Below are positions 1 to 13,980 of a stretch of 64,000 nt of DNA, piece by piece. Under the pieces are notes generated by a model. It was not told where the DNA came from and made no database searches. It saw only the letters and a list, made by a program, of their open reading frames with translations. This stretch comes from Eledone cirrhosa (lineage: Eukaryota): positions 37,758,001 through 37,822,000 of the forward strand of contig OZ024758.1 of the NCBI GenBank assembly GCA_964016885.1, written 5' to 3'. Numbering within the stretch: position 1 is the first letter of the stretch; each line of letters starts with the position of its first letter. A program made the translations under genes and the position numbers.

Positions 1-3000
1 AGTAACTCCAATGTTGGTGGGAATTCATTTAAGTTCATGGTATTAGCTGTCAGAAGTCACTCCACTGTTGGTGAGAATTCATTTAAGTTCATGGTACTAG
101 CTGTCAGAAGTAACCCCAATGTTGGTGAGAATTCATTTAAGTTCATGGTATTAGCTGTCAGAAGTCACTCCAATGTTGGTGAGAATTCATTTAAGTTCAT
201 GGTATTAGCTGTCAGAAGTAACTCCACTGTTGGTGAGAATTCATTTAAGTTCATGGTATTAGCTGTCAGAAGGAACGCCACTGTTGGTGAGAATTCATTT
301 AAGTTCATGGTATTAGCTGTCAGAAGTAACTCCACTGTTGGTGAGAATTCATTTAAGTTCATGCTACTAGCTGTCAGAAGTAACTCCTATGTTGGTGAGA
401 ATTCATTTAAGTTCATGGTATTAGCTGTCAGAAGGAACTCCACTGTTGCTGAGAATTCATTTAAGTTCATGGTATTAGCTGTCAGAAGTAACTCCACTGT
501 TGGTGATAATTCATTTAAGTTCATGGTGCTAGCTGTCAGAAGTAACTCCACTGTTGGTGAGAATTCATTTAAGTTCATGGTATTAGCTGTCAGAAGTAAC
601 TCCACTGTTGGTGAGAATTCATTTAAGTTCATGGTATTAGCTGACAGAAGTCACTCCACTGTTGGTGAGAATTCATTTAAGTTCATGGTACTAGCTGTCA
701 GAAGTAACTCCAATGTTGGTGAGAATTCATTTAAATTCATGGTATTAGCTGTCAGAAGTAACTCCACTGTTGGTGAGAATTCATTTAAGTTCATGGTATT
801 AGCTGTCAGAAGTAACTCCACTGTTGGTGAGAATTCATTTAAGTTCATGGTATTAGCTGTCAGAAGTAACTCCACTGTTGGTGAGAATTCATTTAAGTTC
901 ATGGTACTAGCTGTCAGAAGTAACTCCAATGTTGCTGAGAATTCATTTAAGTTCATGGTATTAGCTGTCAGAAGTAACTCCACTGTTGGTGAGAATTCAT
1001 TTAAGTCATGGTATTAGCTGTCAGAAGTAACTCCACTGTTGGTGAGAATTCATTTAAGTTCATGGTACTAGCTGTCAGAAGTAACTCCACTGTTGGTGAG
1101 AATTCATTTAAGTTCATGGTATTAGCTGTCAGAAGTAACTCCACTGTTGGTGAGAATTCATTTAAGTTCATGGTATTAGCTGACAGAAGTCACTCCACTG
1201 TTGGTGAGAATTCATTTAAGTCATGGTATTAGCTGTCAGAAGTAACTCCACTGTTGGTGAGAATTCATTTAAGTTCATGGTACTAGCTGTCAGAAGTAAC
1301 TCCACTGTTGGTGAGAATTCATTTAAGTTCATGGTATTAGCTGTCAGAAGTAACTCCACTGTTGGTGAGAATTCATTTAAGTTCATGGTATTAGCTGACA
1401 GAAGTCACTCCACTGTTGGTGAGAATTCATTTAAGTTCATGGTACTAGCTGTCAGAAGTAACTCCAATGTTGGTGAGAATTCATTTAAGTTCATGGTATT
1501 AGCTGTCAGAAGTAACTCCACTGTTGGTGAGAATTCATTTAAGTTCATGGTATTAGCTGTCAGAAGTAACTCCACTGTTGGTGAGAATTCATTTAAGTTC
1601 ATGGTATTAGCTGTCAGAAGTAACTCCACTGTTGGTGAGAATTCATTTAAGTTCATGGTACTAGCTGTCAGAAGTAACTCCAATGTTGGTGAGAATTCAT
1701 TTAAGTTCATGGTACTAGCTGTCAGAAGTAACTCCACTGTTGGTGAGAATTCATTTAAGTTCATGGTATTAGTTTGTCAGAAGTAACTCCACTGTTGGTG
1801 AGAATTCATTTAAGTCATGGTATTAGTTGTCAGAAGTAACTCCAATGTTGATGAGAATTCATTTAAGTTCATGGTATTAGCTGTCAGAAGGAACTCCACT
1901 GTTGGTGAGAATTCATTTAAGTTCATGGTATTAGCTGTCAGAAGGAACTCCAATGTTGGTGAGAATTCATTTAAGTCATGGTACTAGCTGTCAGAAGTAA
2001 CTCCACTGTTGGTGAGAATTCATTTAAGTTCATGGTATTAGCTGTCAGAAGGAACGCCACTGTTGGTGAGAATTCATTTAAGTTCATGGTATTAGCTGTC
2101 AGAAGTAACTCCACTGTTGGTGAGAATTCATTTAAGTTCATGGTATTAGCTGTCAGAAGGAACTCCACTGTTGGTGAGAATTCATTTAAGTTCATGGTAT
2201 TAGCTGTCAGAAGGAACTCCAATGTTGGTGAGAATTCATTTAAGTCATGGTACTAGCTGTCAGAAGTAACTCCAATGTTGGTGAGAATTCATTTAAGTCA
2301 TGGTACTAGCTGTCAGAAGTAACTCCAATGTTGGTGAGAATTCATTTAAGTTCATGGTATTAGCTGTCAGAAGGAACTCCACTGTTGGTGAGAATTCATT
2401 TAAGTTCATGGTATAAGCTGTCAGAAGTAACTCCACTGTTGGTGAGAATTCATTTAGTTCATGGTATTAGCTGTCAGAAGTAACTCCACTGTTGGTGAGA
2501 ATTCATTTAAGTTCATGGTACTAGCTGTCAGAAGTAACTCCAATGTTGGTGAGAATTCATTTAAGTTCATGGTATTAGCTGTCAGAGGTAACTCCACTGT
2601 TGGTGAGAATTCAGTTAAGTCATGGTATTAGCTGTCAGAAGTAACTCCAATGTTGGTGAGAATTCATTTAAGTTCATGGTATTAGCTGTCAGAAGTAACT
2701 CCACTGTTGGTGAGAATTCATTTAAGTTCATGGTATTAGCTGTCAGAAGTAACTCCACTGTTGGTGAGAATTCATTTAAGTTCATGGTACTAGCTGTCAG
2801 AAGTAACTCCACTGTTGGTGAGAATTCATTTAAGTTCATGGTATTAGTTTGTCAGAAGTAACTCCACTGTTGGTGAGAATTCATTTAAGTCATGGTATTA
2901 GTTGTCAGAAGTAACTCCAATGTTGGTGAGAATTCATTTAAGTTCATGGTACTAGCTGTCAGAAGTAAATCCACTGTTGGTGAGAATTCATTTAAGTTCA

Positions 3001-3740
3001 TGGTATTAGCTGTCAGAAGTAACTCCACTGTTGGTGAGAATTCATTTAAGTCATGGTATTAGCTGTCAGAAGTAACTCCAATGTTGGTGAGAATTCATTT
3101 AAGTCATGGTACTAGCTGTCAGAAGTAACTCCAATGTTGGTGAGAATTCATTTAAGTTCATTGTATTAGCTGTCAGAAGTAACTCCACTGTTGGTGAGAA
3201 TTCGTTTAAGTTCATGGTATTAGCTGTCAGAAGTAACTCCACTGTTGGTGAGAATTCATTTAAGTTCATGGTATTAGCTGTCAGAAGTAACTCCACTGTT
3301 GGTGAGAATTCATTTAAGTTCATGGTATTAGCTGTCAGAAGTAACTCCACTGTTGGTGAGAATTCATTTAATTTCATGGTATTAGCTGTCAGAAGGAACT
3401 CCAATGTTGGTGAGAATTCATTTAAGTCATGGTACTAGTTGTCAGAAGTAACTCCACTGTTGGTGAGAATTCATTTAAGTTCATGGTATTAGCTGTCAGA
3501 AGGAACGCCACTGTTGGTGAGAATTCATTTAAGTTCATGGTATTAGCTGTCAGAAGTAACTCCACTGTTGGTGAGAATTCATTTAAGTTCATGGTACTAG
3601 CTGTCAGAAGTAACTCCAATGTTGGTGAGAATTCATTTAAGTTCATGGTATTAGCTGTCAGAAGGAACTCCACTGTTGCTGAGAATTCATTTAAGTTCAT
3701 GGTATTAGCTGTCAGAAGTAACTCCACTGTTGGTGAGAAT
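1..3740. repeat. Block duplicated at about 18733-22470 (offset 18731-18732 bp)
   Basis: Shared rare variants in the same order: ggtGGgaattc (20/18752), aatgttgCtgag (about 935/19667), gttgAtgag (about 1851/20583), then gtatAagct, atttagttc, agagGtaac and cagttaag. ORF starts pair at 1008/19740, 1223/19955, 2622/21353, 3106/21837 and 3429/22160. There is a small internal rearrangement near 1.9-2.3 kb. Confidence 0.88.
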
Positions 3741-5420
3741 TCATTTAATTTCATGGTATTAGCTGTCAGAAGGAACTCCAATGTTGGTGAGAATTCATTT
3801 AAGTCATGGTACTAGTTGTCAGAAGTAACTCCACTGTTGGTGAGAATTCATTTAAGTTCATGGTATTAGCTGTCAGAAGGAACGCCACTGTTGGTGAGAA
3901 TTCATTTAAGTTCATGGTATTAGCTGTCAGAAGTAACTCCACTGTTGGTGAGAATTCATTTAAGTTCATGGTACTAGCTGTCAGAAGTAACTCCAATGTT
4001 GGTGAGAATTCATTTAAGTTCATGGTATTAGCTGTCAGAAGGAACTCCACTGTTGCTGAGAATTCATTTAAGTTCATGGTATTAGCTGTCAGAAGTAACT
4101 CCACTGTTGGTGAGAATTCATTTAAGTTCATGGTACTAGCTGTCAGAAGTAACTCCACTGTTGGTGAGAATTCATTTAGTTCATGGTATTAGCTGTCAGA
4201 AGTAACTCCACTGTTGGTGAGAATTCATTTAAGTTCATGGTACTAGCTGTCAGAAGTAACTCCAATGTTGGTGAGAATTCATTTAAGTCATGGTACTAGC
4301 TGTCAGAAGTAACTCCAATGTTGGTGAGAATTCATTTAAGTTCATTGTATTAGCTGTCAGAAGTAACTCCACTGTTGGTGAGAATTCGTTTAAGTTCATG
4401 GTATTAGCTGTCAGAAGTAACTCCACTGTTGGTGAGAATTCATTTAAGTTCATGGTATTAGCTGTCAGAAGTAACTCCACTGTTGGTGAGAATTCATTTA
4501 AGTTCATGGTATTAGCTGTCAGAAGTAACTCCACTGTTGGTGAGAATTCATTTAATTTCATGGTATTAGCTGTCAGAAGGAACTCCAATGTTGGTGAGAA
4601 TTCATTTAAGTCATGGTACTAGTTGTCAGAAGTAACTCCACTGTTGGTGAGAATTCATTTAAGTTCATGGTATTAGCTGTCAGAAGGAACGCCACTGTTG
4701 GTGAGAATTCATTTAAGTTCATGGTATTAGCTGTCAGAAGTAACTCCACTGTTGGTGAGAATTCATTTAAGTTCATGGTACTAGCTGTCAGAAGTAACTC
4801 CAATGTTGGTGAGAATTCATTTAAGTTCATGGTATTAGCTGTCAGAAGGAACTCCACTGTTGCTGAGAATTCATTTAAGTTCATGGTATTAGCTGTCAGA
4901 AGTAACTCCACTGTTGGTGAGAATTCATTTAATTTCATGGTATTAGCTGTCAGAAGGAACTCCAATGTTGGTGAGAATTCATTTAAGTCATGGTACTAGT
5001 TGTCAGAAGTAACTCCACTGTTGGTGAGAATTCATTTAAGTTCATGGTATTAGCTGTCAGAAGGAACGCCACTGTTGGTGAGAATTCATTTAAGTTCATG
5101 GTATTAGCTGTCAGAAGTAACTCCACTGTTGGTGAGAATTCATTTAAGTTCATGGTACTAGCTGTCAGAAGTAACTCCAATGTTGGTGAGAATTCATTTA
5201 AGTTCATGGTATTAGCTGTCAGAAGGAACTCCACTGTTGCTGAGAATTCATTTAAGTTCATGGTATTAGCTGTCAGAAGTAACTCCACTGTTGGTGAGAA
5301 TTCATTTAAGTTCATGGTACTAGCTGTCAGAAGTAACTCCACTGTTGGTGAGAATTCATTTAGTTCATGGTATTAGCTGTCAGAAGTAACTCCACTGTTG
5401 GTGAGAATTCATTTAAGTTC
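3106..5420. repeat. 1184-bp (22-monomer) tandem duplication containing a 377-bp (7-monomer) sub-repeat
   Basis: Identical translated variant strings at 3106/4290, 3429/4613 and 3806/4990 (offset 1184). Blocks starting gtactagTtgtc repeat at a 377-bp spacing (3429/3806, 4613/4990, 8163/8540, 9938/10315). Confidence 0.9.
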
Positions 5421-8400
5421 ATGGTATTAGCTGTCAGAAGGAACTCCACTGTTGCTGAGAATTCATTTAAGTTCATGGTATTAGCTGTCAGAAGTAACTC
5501 CACTGTTGGTGAGAATTCATTTAAGTTCATGGTACTAGCTGTCAGAAGTAACTCCAATGTTGGTGAGAATTCATTTAAGTTCATGGTATTAGCTGTCAGA
5601 AGGAACTCCACTGTTGGTGAGAATTCATTTAAGTTCATGGTATAAGCTGTCAGAAGTAACTCCACTGTTGGTGAGAATTCATTTAGTTCATGGTATTAGC
5701 TGTCAGAAGTAACTCCACTGTTGGTGAGAATTCATTTAAGTTCATGGTACTAGCTGTCAGAAGTAACTCCAATGTTGGTGAGAATTCATTTAAGTTCATG
5801 GTATTAGCTGTCAGAGGTAACTCCACTGTTGGTGAGAATTCAGTTAAGTCATGGTATTAGCTGTCAGAAGTAACTCCAATGTTGGTGAGAATTCATTTAA
5901 GTTCATGGTATTAGCTGTCAGAAGTAACTCCACTGTTGGTGAGAATTCATTTAAGTTCATGGTATTAGCTGTCAGAAGTAACTCCACTGTTGGTGAGAAT
6001 TCATTTAAGTTCATGGTACTAGCTGTCAGAAGTAACTCCACTGTTGGTGAGAATTCATTTAAGTTCATGGTATTAGTTTGTCAGAAGTAACTCCACTGTT
6101 GGTGAGAATTCATTTAAGTCATGGTATTAGTTGTCAGAAATAACTCCAATGTTGGTGAGAATTCATTTAAGTTCATGGTACTAGCTGTCAGAAGTAAATC
6201 CACTGTTGGTGAGAATTCATTTAAGTTCATGGTATTAGCTGTCAGAAGTAACTCCACTGTTGGTGAGAATTCATTTAAGTCATGGTATTAGCTGTCAGAA
6301 GTAACTCCAATGTTGGTGAGAATTCATTTAAGTCATGGTACTAGCTGTCAGAAGTAACTCCAATGTTGGTGAGAATTCATTTAAGTTCATTGTATTAGCT
6401 GTCAGAAGTAACTCCACTGTTGGTGAGAATTCGTTTAAGTTCATGGTATTAGCTGTCAGAAGTAACTCCACTGTTGGTGAGAATTCATTTAAGTTCATGG
6501 TATTAGCTGTCAGAAGTAACTCCACTGTTGGTGAGAATTCATTTAAGTTCATGGTATTAGCTGTCAGAAGTAACTCCACTGTTGGTGAGAATTCATTTAA
6601 TTTCATGGTATTAGCTGTCAGAAGGAACTCCAATGTTGGTGAGAATTCATTTAAGTCATGGTACTAGTTGTCAGAAGTAACTCCACTGTTGGTGAGAATT
6701 CATTTAAGTTCATGGTATTAGCTGTCAGAAGGAACGCCACTGTTGGTGAGAATTCATTTAAGTTCATGGTATTAGCTGTCAGAAGTAACTCCACTGTTGG
6801 TGAGAATTCATTTAAGTTCATGGTATTAGCTGTCAGAAGTAACTCCACTGTTGGTGAGAATTCATTTAATTTCATGGTATTAGCTGTCAGAAGGAACTCC
6901 AATGTTGGTGAGAATTCATTTAAGTCATGGTACTAGTTGTCAGAAGTAACTCCACTGTTGGTGAGAATTCATTTAAGTTCATGGTATTAGCTGTCAGAAG
7001 GAACGCCACTGTTGGTGAGAATTCATTTAAGTTCATGGTATTAGCTGTCAGAAGTAACTCCACTGTTGGTGAGAATTCATTTAAGTTCATGGTACTAGCT
7101 GTCAGAAGTAACTCCAATGTTGGTGAGAATTCATTTAAGTTCATGGTATTAGCTGTCAGAAGGAACTCCACTGTTGCTGAGAATTCATTTAAGTTCATGG
7201 TATTAGCTGTCAGAAGTAACTCCACTGTTGGTGAGAATTCATTTAAGTTCATGGTACTAGCTGTCAGAAGTAACTCCAATGTTGGTGAGAATTCATTTAA
7301 GTTCATGGTATTAGCTGTCAGAGGTAACTCCACTGTTGGTGAGAATTCAGTTAAGTCATGGTATTAGCTGTCAGAAGTAACTCCAATGTTGGTGAGAATT
7401 CATTTAAGTTCATGGTATTAGCTGTCAGAAGTAACTCCACTGTTGGTGAGAATTCATTTAAGTTCATGGTATTAGCTGTCAGAAGTAACTCCACTGTTGG
7501 TGAGAATTCATTTAAGTTCATGGTACTAGCTGTCAGAAGTAACTCCACTGTTGGTGAGAATTCATTTAAGTTCATGGTATTAGCTGTCAGAAGTAACTCC
7601 ACTGTTGGTGAGAATTCATTTAAGTCATGGTATTAGCTGTCAGAAGTAACTCCAATGTTGGTGAGAATTCATTTAAGTCATGGTACTAGCTGTCAGAAGT
7701 AACTCCAATGTTGGTGAGAATTCATTTAAGTTCATTGTATTAGCTGTCAGAAGTAACTCCACTGTTGGTGAGAATTCATTTAAGTCATGGTATTAGCTGT
7801 CAGAAGTAACTCCAATGTTGGTGAGAATTCATTTAAGTCATGGTACTAGCTGTCAGAAGTAACTCCAATGTTGGTGAGAATTCATTTAAGTTCATTGTAT
7901 TAGCTGTCAGAAGTAACTCCACTGTTGGTGAGAATTCGTTTAAGTTCATGGTATTAGCTGTCAGAAGTAACTCCACTGTTGGTGAGAATTCATTTAAGTT
8001 CATGGTATTAGCTGTCAGAAGTAACTCCACTGTTGGTGAGAATTCATTTAAGTTCATGGTATTAGCTGTCAGAAGTAACTCCACTGTTGGTGAGAATTCA
8101 TTTAATTTCATGGTATTAGCTGTCAGAAGGAACTCCAATGTTGGTGAGAATTCATTTAAGTCATGGTACTAGTTGTCAGAAGTAACTCCACTGTTGGTGA
8201 GAATTCATTTAAGTTCATGGTATTAGCTGTCAGAAGGAACGCCACTGTTGGTGAGAATTCATTTAAGTTCATGGTATTAGCTGTCAGAAGTAACTCCACT
8301 GTTGGTGAGAATTCATTTAAGTTCATGGTACTAGCTGTCAGAAGTAACTCCAATGTTGGTGAGAATTCATTTAAGTTCATGGTATTAGCTGTCAGAAGGA

Positions 8401-11400
8401 ACTCCACTGTTGCTGAGAATTCATTTAAGTTCATGGTATTAGCTGTCAGAAGTAACTCCACTGTTGGTGAGAATTCATTTAATTTCATGGTATTAGCTGT
8501 CAGAAGGAACTCCAATGTTGGTGAGAATTCATTTAAGTCATGGTACTAGTTGTCAGAAGTAACTCCACTGTTGGTGAGAATTCATTTAAGTTCATGGTAT
8601 TAGCTGTCAGAAGGAACGCCACTGTTGGTGAGAATTCATTTAAGTTCATGGTATTAGCTGTCAGAAGTAACTCCACTGTTGGTGAGAATTCATTTAAGTT
8701 CATGGTACTAGCTGTCAGAAGTAACTCCAATGTTGGTGAGAATTCATTTAAGTTCATGGTATTAGCTGTCAGAAGTAACTCCACTGTTGGTGAGAATTCA
8801 TTTAAGTTCATGGTATTAGCTGTCAGAAGTAACTCCACTGTTGGTGAGAATTCATTTAAGTTCATGGTACTAGCTGTCAGAAGTAAATCCACTGTTGGTG
8901 AGAATTCATTTAAGTTCATGGTATTAGCTGTCAGAAGTAACTCCACTGTTGGTGAGAATTCATTTAAGTCATGGTATTAGCTGTCAGAAGTAACTCCAAT
9001 GTTGGTGAGAATTCATTTAAGTCATGGTACTAGCTGTCAGAAGTAACTCCAATGTTGGTGAGAATTCATTTAAGTTCATTGTATTAGCTGTCAGAAGTAA
9101 CTCCACTGTTGGTGAGAATTCGTTTAAGTTCATGGTATTAGCTGTCAGAAGTAACTCCACTGTTGGTGAGAATTCATTTAAGTTCATGGTATTAGCTGTC
9201 AGAAGTAACTCCACTGTTGGTGAGAATTCATTTAAGTTCATGGTATTAGCTGTCAGAAGTAACTCCACTGTTGGTGAGAATTCATTTAAGTCATGGTATT
9301 AGCTGTCAGAAGTAACTCCAATGTTGGTGAGAATTCATTTAAGTCATGGTACTAGCTGTCAGAAGTAACTCCAATGTTGGTGAGAATTCATTTAAGTTCA
9401 TTGTATTAGCTGTCAGAAGTAACTCCACTGTTGGTGAGAATTCGTTTAAGTTCATGGTATTAGCTGTCAGAAGTAACTCCACTGTTGGTGAGAATTCATT
9501 TAAGTTCATGGTATTAGCTGTCAGAAGTAACTCCACTGTTGGTGAGAATTCATTTAAGTTCATGGTACTAGCTGTCAGAAGTAACTCCAATGTTGGTGAG
9601 AATTCATTTAAGTCATGGTACTAGCTGTCAGAAGTAACTCCAATGTTGGTGAGAATTCATTTAAGTTCATTGTATTAGCTGTCAGAAGTAACTCCACTGT
9701 TGGTGAGAATTCGTTTAAGTTCATGGTATTAGCTGTCAGAAGTAACTCCACTGTTGGTGAGAATTCATTTAAGTTCATGGTATTAGCTGTCAGAAGTAAC
9801 TCCACTGTTGGTGAGAATTCATTTAAGTTCATGGTATTAGCTGTCAGAAGTAACTCCACTGTTGGTGAGAATTCATTTAATTTCATGGTATTAGCTGTCA
9901 GAAGGAACTCCAATGTTGGTGAGAATTCATTTAAGTCATGGTACTAGTTGTCAGAAGTAACTCCACTGTTGGTGAGAATTCATTTAAGTTCATGGTATTA
10001 GCTGTCAGAAGGAACGCCACTGTTGGTGAGAATTCATTTAAGTTCATGGTATTAGCTGTCAGAAGTAACTCCACTGTTGGTGAGAATTCATTTAAGTTCA
10101 TGGTACTAGCTGTCAGAAGTAACTCCAATGTTGGTGAGAATTCATTTAAGTTCATGGTATTAGCTGTCAGAAGGAACTCCACTGTTGCTGAGAATTCATT
10201 TAAGTTCATGGTATTAGCTGTCAGAAGTAACTCCACTGTTGGTGAGAATTCATTTAATTTCATGGTATTAGCTGTCAGAAGGAACTCCAATGTTGGTGAG
10301 AATTCATTTAAGTCATGGTACTAGTTGTCAGAAGTAACTCCACTGTTGGTGAGAATTCATTTAAGTTCATGGTATTAGCTGTCAGAAGGAACGCCACTGT
10401 TGGTGAGAATTCATTTAAGTTCATGGTATTAGCTGTCAGAAGTAACTCCACTGTTGGTGAGAATTCATTTAAGTTCATGGTACTAGCTGTCAGAAGTAAC
10501 TCCAATGTTGGTGAGAATTCATTTAAGTTCATGGTATTAGCTGTCAGAAGGAACTCCACTGTTGCTGAGAATTCATTTAAGTTCATGGTATTAGCTGTCA
10601 GAAGTAACTCCACTGTTGGTGAGAATTCATTTAAGTTCATGGTACTAGCTGTCAGAAGTAACTCCACTGTTGGTGAGAATTCATTTAGTTCATGGTATTA
10701 GCTGTCAGAAGTAACTCCACTGTTGGTGAGAATTCATTTAAGTTCATGGTACTAGCTGTCAGAAGTAACTCCAATGTTGGTGAGAATTCATTTAAGTTCA
10801 TGGTATTAGCTGTCAGAGGTAACTCCACTGTTGGTGAGAATTCAGTTAAGTCATGGTATTAGCTGTCAGAAGTAACTCCAATGTTGGTGAGAATTCATTT
10901 AAGTTCATGGTATTAGCTGTCAGAAGTAACTCCAATGTTGGTGAGAATTCATTTAAGTTCATGGTATTAGCTGTCAGAAGTAACTCCAATGTTGGTGAGA
11001 ATTCATTTAAGTTCATGGTACTAGCTGTCAGAAGTAACTCCACTGTTGGTGAGAATTCATTTAAGTTCATGGTACTAGCTGTCAGAAGTAACTCCACTGT
11101 TGGTGAGAATTCATTTAAGTTCATGGTATTAGCTGTCAGAAGTCACTCCAATGTTGGTGAGAATTCATTTAGGTTCATGGTATTAGCTGTCAGAAGTCAC
11201 TCCACTGTTGGTGAGAATTCATTTAAGTTCATGGTACTAGCTGGCAGAAGTAACCCCAATGTTGGTGAGAATTCATTTAAGTTCATGGTATTAGCTGTCA
11301 GAAGTCACTCCACTGTTGGTGAGAATTCATTTAAGTTCATGGTATTAGCTGTCAGAAGTAACTCCACTGTTGGTGAGAATTCATTTATGTTCATGGTATT

Positions 11401-12310
11401 AGTTTGTCAGAAGTAACTCCACTGTTGGTGAGAATTCATTTAAGTTCATGGTATTAGCTGTCAGAAGTCACTCCAATGTTGGTGAGAATTCATTTAAGTT
11501 CATGGTACTAGCTGGCAGAAGTAACCCCAATGTTGGTGAGAATTCATTTAAGTTCATGGTATTAGCTGTCAGAAGGAACTCCACTGTTGCTGAGAATTCA
11601 TTTAAGTTCATGGTATTAGCTGTCAGAAGTAACTCCACTGTTGGTGAGAATTCATTTAAGTTCATGGTACTAGCTGTCAGAAGTAACTCCACTGTTGGTG
11701 AGAATTCATTTAAGTTCATGGTATTAGCTGTCAGAAGTCACTCCAATGTTGGTGAGAATTCATTTAGGTTCATGGTATTAGCTGTCAGAAGTCACTCCAC
11801 TGTTGGTGAGAATTCATTTAAGTTCATGGTACTAGCTGGCAGAAGTAACCCCAATGTTGGTGAGAATTCATTTAAGTTCATGGTATTAGCTGTCAGAAGT
11901 CACTCCAATGTTGGTGAGAATTCATTTAAGTTCATGGTATTAGCTGTCAGAAGTAACTCCACTGTTGGTGAGAATTCATTTATGTTCATGGTATTAGTTT
12001 GTCAGAAGTAACTCCACTGTTGGTGAGAATTCATTTAAGTCATGGTATTAGTTGTCAGAAGTAACTCCAATGTTGGTGAGAATTCATTTAAGTTCATGGT
12101 ATTAGCTGTCAGAAGTAACTCCACTGTTGGTGATAATTCATTTAAGTTCATGGTGCTAGCTGTCAGAAGTAACTCCACTGTTGGTGAGAATTCATTTAAG
12201 TTCATGGTATTAGCTGTCAGAAGTAACTCCACTGTTGGTGAGAATTCATTTAAGTTCATGGTATTAGCTGTCAGAAGGAACTCCAATGTTGGTGAGAATT
12301 CATTTAAGTC

Positions 12311-13980
12311 ATGGTACTAGCTGTCAGAAGTAACTCCACTGTTGGTGAGAATTCATTTAAGTTCATGGTATTAGCTGTCAGAAGGAACGCCACTGTTGGT
12401 GAGAATTCATTTAAGTTCATGGTATTAGCTGTCAGAAGTAACTCCACTGTTGGTGAGAATTCATTTAAGTTCATGGTACTAGCTGTCAGAAGTAACTCCA
12501 ATGTTGGTGAGAATTCATTTAAGTTCATGGTATTAGCTGTCAGAAGGAACTCCACTGTTGGTGAGAATTCATTTAAGTTCATGGTATTAGCTGTCAGAAG
12601 TAACTCCACTGTTGGTGAGAATTCATTTAAGTCATGGTATTAGCTGTCAGAAGTAACTCCATTGTTGGTGAGAATTCAATTAAGTCATGGTACTAGCTGT
12701 CAGAAGTAACTCCAATGTTGGTGAGAATTCATTTAAGTTCATGTTATTAGCTGTCAGAAGGAACTCCACTGTTGGTGAGAATTCATTTAAGTTCATGGTA
12801 TTAGCTGTCAGAAGTAACTCCACTGTTGGTGAGAATTCATTTAAGTTCATGGTATTAGCTGTCAGAAGTAACTGCACCGTTGGTGAGAATTCATTTAAGT
12901 TCATGGTACTAGCTGTCAGAAGTAACTCCAATGTTGGTGAGAATTCATTTAAGTTCATGGTATTAGCTGTCAGAAGTAACTCCACTGTTGGTGAGAATTC
13001 ATTTAAGTTCATGGTATTAGCTGTCAGAAGTAACTCCACTGTTGGTGAGAATTCATTTAAGTTCATGGTATTAGCTGTCAGAAGTAACTCCACTGTTGGT
13101 GAGAATTCATTTAAGTTCATGGTACTAGCTGTCAGAAGTAACTCCAATGTTGGTGAGAATTCATTTAAGTTCATGGTATTAGCTGTCAGAAGTAACTCCA
13201 CTGTTGGTGAGAATTCATTTAAGTCATGGTATTAGCTGTCAGAAGTAACTCCACTGTTGGTGAGAATTCATTTAAGTTCATGGTATTAGCTGTCAGAAGT
13301 AACTCCACTGTTGGTGAGAATTCATCTAAGTTCATGGTACTAGCTGTCAGAAGTAACTCCAATGTTGGTGAGAATTCATTTAAGTTCATGGTATTAGCTG
13401 TCAGAAGTAACTCCACTGTTGGTGAGAATTCATTTAAGTCATGGTATTAGCTGTCAGAAGTAACTCCACTGTTGGTGAGAATTCATTTAAGTTCATGGTA
13501 TTAGCTGTCAGAAGTAACTCCACTGTTGGTGAGAATTCATTTAAGTTCATGGTATTAGCTGTCAGAAGTAACTCCACTGTTGGTGAGAATTCATTTAAGT
13601 TCATGGTATTAGTTTGTCAGAAGTAACTCCACTGTTGGTGAGAATTCATTTAAGTCATGGTATTAGTTGTCAGAAGTAACTCCAATGTTGGTGAGAATTC
13701 ATTTAAGTTCATGGTACTAGCTGTCAGAAATAACTCCACTGTTGGTGAGAATTCATTTAAGTTCATGGTAATAGCTGTCAGAAGTAACTCCACTGTTGGT
13801 GAGAATTCATTTAAGTCATGGTATTAGCTGTCAGAAGTAACTCCAATGTTGGTGAGAATTCATTTAAGTCATGGTACTAGCTGTCAGAAGTAACTCCAAT
13901 GTTGGTGAGAATTCATTTAAGTTCATGGTATTAGCTGTCAGAAGTAACTCCACTGTTGGTGAGAATTCATTTAAGTTCAT
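12311..13980. repeat. Block duplicated at about 16994-18660 (offset 4683 bp)
   Basis: ORF starts 12311/16994, 12687/17370, 13226/17909 and 13441/18124 all differ by 4683. Shared rare variants: tcaAttaag, atgTtatt, actGcacCg, tcatCtaag, agaaAtaac, gtaAtag. Confidence 0.88.

Noticed and set aside
8-12. CCAAT boxes in ccaAtg variant monomers as promoter elements
   Set aside because: This is a 5-bp motif created by a common substitution, with no promoter context or downstream gene.
60-80. Hairpin or dyad CTCCA-CTGT-TGGTGAG (CCAA-TG-TTGG in the A variant) and short palindromes GAATTC, TTAA, CATG, AGCT
   Set aside because: The stems are only 3-5 bp with bulges, which is within chance expectation and too weak to call a structured RNA, terminator or cruciform.
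1008-1017. Overlapping stop/start pattern (…KSWY* overlapping the next ATG) resembling translational coupling or programmed frameshifting
   Set aside because: It follows automatically from a 1-bp deletion just before the monomer's ATG. There is no ribosome-binding site or slippery heptamer.
3200-3216. CENP-B box in the ttcGttt variant
   Set aside because: aTTCGtttaAgtTCATg matches TTCG and the central A of nTTCGnnnnAnnCGGGn but lacks CGGG.
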